From positions 1-60,711 of the forward strand of contig JBBQSO010000027.1 of NCBI GenBank assembly GCA_038213805.1: DNA of 60,711 bases, given 5' to 3'. Under the pieces are notes generated by a model. That model worked only from the letters and a program-made list of their open reading frames with translations, did no database searches and was not told the origin of the DNA. A program made the translations under genes and the position numbers. The first letter of the stretch is position 1. Each line of letters starts with the position of its first letter. Shown here piece after piece: positions 54,013-60,711 of the stretch. This stretch comes from Planctomycetota bacterium (GTDB lineage: Bacteria; Planctomycetota; UBA11346).

Positions 54013-57000
54013 TCAGATCCGTTCGTCCTTCACCAGCCGGTACCGCACCACCGCGCCATTGATGTCCGCGCTGGTCCAGTCCTCGGCGTGCACGCCCGGC
54101 AGGAATCCAGGAGCCAGTACTTCACCTGCGATGTACGCGCCATACTCCGTGAGCGCCTTGCCGACCTCGGCGTGATCCGTGCTCCAGCTCACCGCGATGC
54201 GATCGCTGACGTCCAGCCCCGCGGCCTTGCGCGCCTGCTGCAGCACGCTGATGAACTCGCGCGCGTGGCCCTCGTCCTTGAGCGCCTGGGTGAGTGCGGT
54301 GTCGAGCGCCACGGTCATGGCGCCATCGCTGGCGATGGCGCCGCCCGCGGTCGGCGTGCGCGTCAGCAGCACGTCGGCGAGCGCCAGTTGGACGCCAGCG
54401 ACTTCAACCTGCTTGCCCTGCTCGAGGGTGGCGATCTCTGCGAGGCCCCAGCCGGCGAGTACCGCGCCGATCTCCTTGAGCTTCGCCCCGGCGCGCGCGC
54501 GCAAAGCGGCGAAGTTCGGTTTCACAGCGATGCTGCAGAACGCCGCCTCGTCGGCTTCGGTGACGACGCTGCGCACGTTCAGCTCGTCCATGATGAGCGC
54601 CGCCGAGGCGGTCACCGCCGCGCGCAGCGCTGGATCGCGGCTGATCACCGTCACCGTCGCCAGCGGTTGGCGGACTTTCAGCTTCTGGTCGTTGCGCAGC
54701 TTCAGGCCGAGCCCGACCACACGCCGCGCCACCGCGACGCGCGCCTCCAGGCCCTCGTCGATGAGCGCCGCTTCGGGCTGCGGGTAGTCGCACCAGTGCA
54801 CCGACGCCGGCGCCTGGGCGTCGACCGGGCGCACCAGCCGCTGGTGGACCTCTTCGGTGAGGAAGGGCATGAACGGCGCCAGCACCTTGGCGAACGTAGT
54901 CAGCACTGCGTAAAGCGTGGCATAAGCCGCGCTCTGGTCCGCGCGCGCCGCGTCGCCGCCGCCGCCGCTGTTCCAGAAGCGCGAGCGCGAACTGCGGATG
55001 TACCAGTTGGTGAGGTCGTCGATGAACGCCACCAGGCGCGGCACCACGTTGTAGAGACGGTAGGCCTCCATCTCCGCATTGACGTCGCGCACCAGCGACT
55101 GCATCACCGAGAGGATCCAGCGGTCGGCTTCCGGACGCTGTGCAGGCGCGGGGGCGATCCAGCTGCGCGGGTCGTACCCGTCGACGCTGGCGTAGGTGGT
55201 GAAGAACGACAGTGCGTTCCAGTAGGGCAGCACCACCGTGCGCATGATCTCCTTGAGGCCGGCCTCGCTGAAGCGCAGCGGGTCGGCACGTACCACCGGC
55301 GAGTCGATCAGGTAGGCGCGCAGCGCATCGGCGCCGATCTGCTCGAGGATCAGGTTGGGATCGGGGTAGTTCTTCTTCGACTTCGACATCTTCTGGCCGT
55401 CTTCGGCCAGCACGAGCCCGTTCACCACCACGTTCCGGAACGCCGGCTTGTCGAACAGCGCCGTCGACAGCACCAGCAGGGTGTAGAACCAGCCGCGCGT
55501 CTGGTCCAGTCCCTCGGCAATGAAGTTGGCCGGGAAGTTCGCCTCGACCGCGGCCTTGTTCTCGAACGGATAGTGGTTCTGCGCGTAGGGCATGGCCCCG
55601 GACTCGAACCAGCAGTCGAGAACTTCCGGCGTGCGCTGGTAGGTGCGGCCATCGGGTGTGGTGATGATCAGGCCGTCGAGCGTGTGCTTGTGCAGATCGG
55701 TGACCGTGCCCGGCTTCAGCCCCGCCGCTGTCTCAAGCTCGGCGATCGAGCCGAAGCACTTCATGTCGTTCTTGTCAGTGACGTTGACCCAGATCGGTAG
55801 GCACGAGCCCCAGAAGCGGTTGCGCGAGATATTCCAGTCCTTGGCCTCGCGCAGCCAGTTGCCGAAGCGGTTGGCGCCGATCGCCTCGGGGACCCAGCGG
55901 ATCTGCGCGTTGTTGGCAAGCAGACGCTCGCGCAGGTCCTCGACGCGCACGTACCACGCTTCGATGGCGCGGAAGATCAGCGGCGCCTCGCTGCGCTCGC
56001 CGAACGGGTAGCTGTGCACGATGGTCGCCTGCGCGAGCAGCTTGCCCTCGTCCTTCAGGCGCTTGATGATGGCCTTGTCGGCGTCCTTGCAGAACTGCCC
56101 GGCGTATTCCGTGACCGCAGAGGTGAAGCGGCACTCGCTGTCGAGCGGGTCGACCAGTTTGACGCCGGCGGCCATGCACACGCGGTAGTCGTCCTCGCCG
56201 TAGGCGGGCGCGAGGTGGACGATGCCGGTGCCATCGCCGGTGGTGACGAAGTCGTCGGCGAGGATATTGAAGCCGCGTTCATGGTCGCGGAAGTAGGGCA
56301 GCAGCGGCACGTAGTCGAGGCCGACCAGGTCCTTGCCGGCGACGCGCAGCAGCTCCTCGTAGTGCTCGGGCTTCTTTGCGTAGGCAGCGAGGCGGTCGGC
56401 GGCGAGCAGGTGGACCTCGCCGCTGGTGGTCTCGCGCACCGCCACATAGGTGATGTCCGGACCGACGCACAGGCCGAGGTTCGCGGGCAGGGTCCAGGGC
56501 GTGGTCGTCCAGGCCAGGGCGTAGACCAGCGCGCCGGGCGCGCGGCGGTCGAGGCCAAGCTTGGCGGCGGCGCCTTCGTGCAGGCGAAACTTGATGGTGA
56601 TAGCCGGGTCCTGCACGTCCTTGTAATTGTTGCCCGCCTCGAAGTTCGACAGCGGCGTGCTCAGCACCGGGTCGTAAGGCATGATGCGGTGCGCCTTGTA
56701 GATGCGCGGCCGACCCTGTGCGTCGCGCTGCTCCCAGAGCTGCTTGAACACCCACCACACCGACTCCATGAACTGCGGATCCATGGTATTGTAGTCGTTG
56801 TCGAAGTCGACCCAGCGGCCCATGCGCTCGACCGTGCGCCGCCACTCACCGACGTAGGTCTGGACCATCGCGCGGCACTGCTCGTTGAAGACGTCGACGC
56901 CCTTCTCTCGGATCTCGGCGGCGCCGCTCCAGCCGAGCGCCTTCTGGGCGAGGTTCTCGATCGGCAGACCGTGGCAGTCCCAGCCGAAGCGGCGTTCCAC

Positions 57001-57246
57001 GTGGTGGCCGCGCATCGACCAGAAGCGCGGCACGATGTCTTTGATGGTTCCAGCCAGCAGATGCCCGTAGTGGGGCGTGCCGGTGGCGAAGGGGGGGCCG
57101 TCGTAGAATACGAATTCCGGGCCGCCTTTGCGGCGGCGGTTGGATTCGCGGAAAGCGTCCAGCTCGCGCCACAGCGTCAGGATGCCCTGCTCCAGCGCCG
57201 GGAAGCTGACGTTGGCGGGGAGCTTGGCGAAGAGCGGGGTGTTCAT
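54013..57246 (-). CDS. ileS: Isoleucine--tRNA ligase (type 2)
   Basis: FYDGPPFATGTPHYGH, GWDCHGLP, WTTTPWTLP, DWNISRNRFWG, EGLDQTRGWFY, KMSKS; C-terminal QQARKAAGLDVSDRI without a terminal Zn-finger. Confidence 0.97.
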   Translation of the reverse strand: MNTPLFAKLPANVSFPALEQGILTLWRELDAFRESNRRRKGGPEFVFYDGPPFATGTPHYGHLLAGTIKDIVPRFWSMRGHHVERRFGWDCHGLPIENLAQKALGWSGAAEIREKGVDVFNEQCRAMVQTYVGEWRRTVERMGRWVDFDNDYNTMDPQFMESVWWVFKQLWEQRDAQGRPRIYKAHRIMPYDPVLSTPLSNFEAGNNYKDVQDPAITIKFRLHEGAAAKLGLDRRAPGALVYALAWTTTPWTLPANLGLCVGPDITYVAVRETTSGEVHLLAADRLAAYAKKPEHYEELLRVAGKDLVGLDYVPLLPYFRDHERGFNILADDFVTTGDGTGIVHLAPAYGEDDYRVCMAAGVKLVDPLDSECRFTSAVTEYAGQFCKDADKAIIKRLKDEGKLLAQATIVHSYPFGERSEAPLIFRAIEAWYVRVEDLRERLLANNAQIRWVPEAIGANRFGNWLREAKDWNISRNRFWGSCLPIWVNVTDKNDMKCFGSIAELETAAGLKPGTVTDLHKHTLDGLIITTPDGRTYQRTPEVLDCWFESGAMPYAQNHYPFENKAAVEANFPANFIAEGLDQTRGWFYTLLVLSTALFDKPAFRNVVVNGLVLAEDGQKMSKSKKNYPDPNLILEQIGADALRAYLIDSPVVRADPLRFSEAGLKEIMRTVVLPYWNALSFFTTYASVDGYDPRSWIAPAPAQRPEADRWILSVMQSLVRDVNAEMEAYRLYNVVPRLVAFIDDLTNWYIRSSRSRFWNSGGGGDAARADQSAAYATLYAVLTTFAKVLAPFMPFLTEEVHQRLVRPVDAQAPASVHWCDYPQPEAALIDEGLEARVAVARRVVGLGLKLRNDQKLKVRQPLATVTVISRDPALRAAVTASAALIMDELNVRSVVTEADEAAFCSIAVKPNFAALRARAGAKLKEIGAVLAGWGLAEIATLEQGKQVEVAGVQLALADVLLTRTPTAGGAIASDGAMTVALDTALTQALKDEGHAREFISVLQQARKAAGLDVSDRIAVSWSTDHAEVGKALTEYGAYIAGEVLAPGFLPGVHAEDWTSADINGAVVRYRLVKDERI

Positions 57247-57432
57247 GGGCGACCTGGTGTGGCGACGCGGGCAGCGCAACGGCGGAAGGGCCGCACGGTA
57301 AAACCCTGGTCGTCATCGGCAAGCGCGCCGGCACTCCTGCTGGCGCCCCGCCCGCCGTGGAACTACCCTTCCGCAGCTGCCCGGCACCTTGCCCGCTCCG
57401 CCGTCGACCGCCGCGCCAGGACACCTTTCCCC

Positions 57433-58545
57433 ATGCGCCAGTTCCTCTGCCGTACCCTGCTGCCGGCCCTGTGCGCCGCCCTCGCCACCGGCCTGCCCGT
57501 GATGGCCGCCGACGCTCCAGTACCAGCGCCCGCGACAACGGCTCCAGCGTCGGTGCCCGCGCCAAGCGCGACCCCGCCCGTCCCGGTGGTGCCGCCCAGC
57601 CCCTCGACCGCCCCGGGCATCCGCATTTGGCCGGATCCGGCCTTCACGCATTGGCCGGCGATAGCCTACGGCGATGAGGCGCGCAACATCGCCTTCTCGC
57701 TACCGGTCAAGCTCGCCAACGTCACCGGCAGCATCGGTTGGACCGGCGAGAAGGCCCTGCCCTTCACCACGCCCGATAAGGCCGAGAGCATCAGTGGGCT
57801 GCTGCCCCTGCCCACCGGCACCGGTCTGCACCGCGCCACTGTCACCATCGTCGAACACGCTTGGCCGCTGGCCGTACGCATCGCCGACGCGCGCGAGGAA
57901 TGGCCGATCGCCGGCCTTAAGAACGGCTTCCCGGTCGACGCCCAGGGCGTGCCGGTAGTGCTCGCCGACCGCCGCCGCAACCTTAGCGCCGAGCGCCAGT
58001 TCACCCTGCTCGACGGCGTCCTGCCGCGCGGAACTGGCCGCGCCCTGCTGGTCGGTGACCGCCTCGAGGCGCTCGGCGGCGACGTGTGGACCGGCCTCGA
58101 CGCCGAGCAGCGCCCGGCGCTCGACGAACGTTATCCGCAGCACGCCGTGCTGCTCGCCCTGGCCAAGCTGCCCGACCCCGTGCCGCGCACCATCGTGTGG
58201 AGCCCCGGCAACCAAGTGCTGCACGGCGGCGCATGGTCGGCTGAAGAGGAACGCGTGCTGGGTGTGCTGCGCTCGCGCTGCGAGCAGCTCGGCGCCCTGC
58301 CGCGCCTGATCCTGGTGTTGCCGCCGCTGCCGCTCGACGCCAACCTGCGCGCCCAGGCCGAAGAGCGCCGCGACCAGCTGCTGCGCTCCGCCACCCTGCT
58401 GCAGTGGACGGTGGTCGACCTCGGTCGCGTCGCCGGCGACCCGGAGCAGGCCAATCGCGTCGCCGAGGGCGTGTTTGCGCGCTACCCGGTGGGCCCGGCG
58501 CAACAGCGCATGCGCGAGGCGTTGAAGCAGGTGGTGGAGCGGTAG
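57433..58545 (+). CDS. Exported hypothetical protein with a degenerate SGNH-like C-terminal domain
   Basis: Signal peptide, Pro/Ala/Thr linker, LLVGDRL (GDSL-like), SPGNQ, LILVLPP, VVDL. Confidence 0.65.
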   Translation: MRQFLCRTLLPALCAALATGLPVMAADAPVPAPATTAPASVPAPSATPPVPVVPPSPSTAPGIRIWPDPAFTHWPAIAYGDEARNIAFSLPVKLANVTGSIGWTGEKALPFTTPDKAESISGLLPLPTGTGLHRATVTIVEHAWPLAVRIADAREEWPIAGLKNGFPVDAQGVPVVLADRRRNLSAERQFTLLDGVLPRGTGRALLVGDRLEALGGDVWTGLDAEQRPALDERYPQHAVLLALAKLPDPVPRTIVWSPGNQVLHGGAWSAEEERVLGVLRSRCEQLGALPRLILVLPPLPLDANLRAQAEERRDQLLRSATLLQWTVVDLGRVAGDPEQANRVAEGVFARYPVGPAQQRMREALKQVVER

Positions 58546-58764
58546 GGCCGGCGGGGCCGGCGGGGCCGGCTCTGGCTGGCAGCTGGCAGCTGGCGGCTTG
58601 CGGCTTGCGGCGGACAGCTGACCGCTGACCGCTGACGGTAGGTTCTTCCTGGTATGAATCCGGTGCTTCTGCGGGATTGCGCAAGGAACCCCCGTGACTG
58701 CTGGCTTGCACCCATGCCAACGCCACGCGCAGCCATCGGCCGCCAGCCGGCAGCCGTCAGCCGT
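58545..58764. repeat. Inverted heptamer-array element preceded by (GGGCCGGCG)x3
   Basis: ctggcagctggcagctggcggcttgcggcttgcgg..gctgaccgctgaccgctgacgg ... gccatcggccgccagccggcagccgtcagccg. Confidence 0.75.
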
Positions 58765-58820
58765 TCTAAGTAGCCACTGCCCCCTTGTTTCCGCTACGGA
58801 CCGTGATTAGTCTCCCACCC

Positions 58821-59162
58821 ATGCGTTACCTCCTCGCCTCCATCTCCCTCGCCACCCTCTTCGCCACCGGATGCCATGAGCGGCAGTCGATGCGCGTGGT
58901 GCCTGACCGTCAGGACCATGCCTACACCGATGAAAAGCAGGCCAAGGGCGGCGGTGGCCAGACCATGGACCGTGTCGCCGGTCCGGGCGAGCAGTGGATC
59001 ACGGTCAAGCCGGGGCAGTCCCTGACCCAGATCGCCAAGCTCTATGGCACGACCACTCGTGAGATCATCGAGCGCAACGATCTTGGCGACAGCCTGCCCA
59101 AGGTCGGGCAGAACCTGATCGTGAACAATCCCAACGCCCCTGCCGGTCCCGCCGGCAAGTAA
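58821..59162 (+). CDS. LysM-domain lipoprotein
   Basis: Lipobox ATGC; ITVKPGQSLTQIAKLYGTT..I.ERN.L...PKVGQNL. Confidence 0.9.
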   Translation: MRYLLASISLATLFATGCHERQSMRVVPDRQDHAYTDEKQAKGGGGQTMDRVAGPGEQWITVKPGQSLTQIAKLYGTTTREIIERNDLGDSLPKVGQNLIVNNPNAPAGPAGK

Positions 59163-59180
59163 GCGACCGCGCCGGCCGCC

Positions 59181-59807
59181 ATGGTGCCCGGGCGCCTGTT
59201 GCTCGCGACGGGCAACGCCAAAAAGCTACGTGAACTGCGCGAGATCCTGACCCCGCTCGGGCGCGCCGTGCTCGCTCCCGCCGACCTCGGCTATGATCCG
59301 CAGGTCGTCGAGGACGGCGACACCTTCGAAGCCAATGCCATCAAGAAGGCCACCGCAGGTCTCGCCGCCACCGGCGTGTGGACCCTCGCCGACGATTCCG
59401 GCATCGAGGCGCGCGCCCTTGGCTGGCGCCCTGGGGTCTATAGCGCCCGTTATGCCGGCGAACCATGCGACGACGAGGCCAACAACCGCAAGCTCATCGC
59501 CGAGCTCGCGGGTGAGGCGGACAAGCACGTGCGCTACCGCTGCGTGATTGCCCTCGCTCGGCCGGGTGAGCCGCCCCTGACCTGGTCCGGCACATTCGCG
59601 GGCGATCACACCGCGACGCGCCGCGGCGCGGGCGGCTTCGGCTACGATCCGTACGTGCTGATTCCCGAGCTGGGCAAAACCGTTGCCGAACTGAGCGCGG
59701 ACGAGAAGCATGCACGCAGCCACCGTGGTCAGGCGCTGCGCGGTTTCGTGGAATGGCTCGGGCAGACGCCGATGACGGTCCGAGGTCCGACGTCCGGGGT
59801 TCCGTGA
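59181..59807 (+). CDS. rdgB: Non-canonical purine NTP pyrophosphatase
   Basis: ATGNAKKLREL, EDGDTFEANAIKKA, ADDSG, PGVYSARY, GFGYDP, SHRG. Confidence 0.95.
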   Translation: MVPGRLLLATGNAKKLRELREILTPLGRAVLAPADLGYDPQVVEDGDTFEANAIKKATAGLAATGVWTLADDSGIEARALGWRPGVYSARYAGEPCDDEANNRKLIAELAGEADKHVRYRCVIALARPGEPPLTWSGTFAGDHTATRRGAGGFGYDPYVLIPELGKTVAELSADEKHARSHRGQALRGFVEWLGQTPMTVRGPTSGVP

Positions 59808-59943
59808 TGCCCATGCGGCTGCCGATTCTGGCGGTCGATCACCTGGATGCGGTGCGCTTGCTGGGCAAATCCAGCACGCCGGTGGTTACACCATCTTCAC
59901 TCCAACGTCTGACGCCGACCGTCGGTCGACAGTCGGTCGTCTG

Positions 59944-60711
59944 ATGCGCACCCGCTCCCGCCTGCTGCTCGGTTTCGTCGCCGTCCACCTCGTCTTGTCG
60001 GTGGTGATGGGCGCGGCCGCGTGGCGCTGGCTCGACGTCTCGATGCGCGCCCAGGCCGAGGACAGCGCGCGTTCGCTCGGTCGGGTCATCGCCCAGGGCG
60101 GTTTTCCACTCACTCCCGAGGTGGTGGCCAAGCTGCGCGACCTCACCGGCTACGAATTCAGCGTGCTGCCCGTGCGCACCGCGCCACAGACGGGCACGGT
60201 GCAGGTCGAGGAGGAGGGCAAGGTGGTGCAGGTCGCCTACCGCTCGGCGGCCTACGAGCGCGCCTCGGCCGCGGTGCTGGTCGGCACCCTGGTGGTGATG
60301 CTCGCCGGATCGCTGGTCTTCGCGGTGGTAGCGAGCTGGCTGGCCGGACAGTTCGCGACTCCGGTCGAGCGGCTTGCCGGCGCCGCACGCATCATCGGCA
60401 GCGGCGATCTCGACCGGGCGGTGGCGCCGGTCGGCTCAGGTGAGCTGCGCGAGCTGGCCGGTGAACTCGAGTTGATGCGCCTGCGCCTGCGCGAGCTCGA
60501 CCACCAGCACCGCCAGTCGGAGCGCCTCGCCGCAGTCGGCACCTTCACCGCCACCATCGCGCATGAGGTACGCAACCCGCTCACGGCGGTGCGCCTGACC
60601 GTGCAGATGCTGGCCCGGCGCAGCGGCGGCGCCGATGTCAGCCTGCAGCTGATCATGGACGAGCTTGAGCGCCTCGACCTGATCGTCGACGAGCTGCTCG
60701 CCTACTCCAAG
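59944..60711 (+). CDS. HAMP-domain sensor histidine kinase (truncated by the window end)
   Basis: My translation from ATG 59944: two TM helices, HAMP (PVERLAGAARIIGSGDL), H-box IAHEVRNPL; open to the end of the window. Confidence 0.92.
   Translation, partial: MRTRSRLLLGFVAVHLVLSVVMGAAAWRWLDVSMRAQAEDSARSLGRVIAQGGFPLTPEVVAKLRDLTGYEFSVLPVRTAPQTGTVQVEEEGKVVQVAYRSAAYERASAAVLVGTLVVMLAGSLVFAVVASWLAGQFATPVERLAGAARIIGSGDLDRAVAPVGSGELRELAGELELMRLRLRELDHQHRQSERLAAVGTFTATIAHEVRNPLTAVRLTVQMLARRSGGADVSLQLIMDELERLDLIVDELLAYSK

Overview
A 60.7-kb, very GC-rich chromosomal segment, most likely from a Planctomycetota/PVC bacterium (inferred from the DUF1501 + PSD1/planctomycete-cytochrome-c pair, a PVC-type heme-binding dehydrogenase and a Ser/Thr kinase-FGE fusion). 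About 49 protein-coding genes are supportable. I saw no rRNA, tRNA, CRISPR array, integrase or transposase. Recognisable housekeeping genes: hemC, hemA, pheT, ileS (type 2), leuB, psd, pssA, rdgB, otsA/otsB. Strongest leads: (1) a compact pspA (ESCRT-III superfamily) - small exported protein - classical AAA+ ATPase operon resembling a bacterial ESCRT-III/Vps4-like pair; (2) an mlaE-mlaF-mlaD-pldA cluster whose MlaD has a long helical-repeat stalk and a predicted C-terminal beta-barrel, with no mlaA/B/C in the window; (3) a family of intergenic elements built from inverted 7/8-mer arrays, one with 50-bp inverted arms; (4) an HTH-transglutaminase fusion; (5) a CNNM-CBS-PTS EIIA fusion; (6) an in-frame amber stop in the decayed phosphatase domain of an OtsA fusion. 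The first 235 bp form an imperfect fold-back palindrome that is probably a contig-end artefact. All family calls come from reading motifs by eye; no searches were run.
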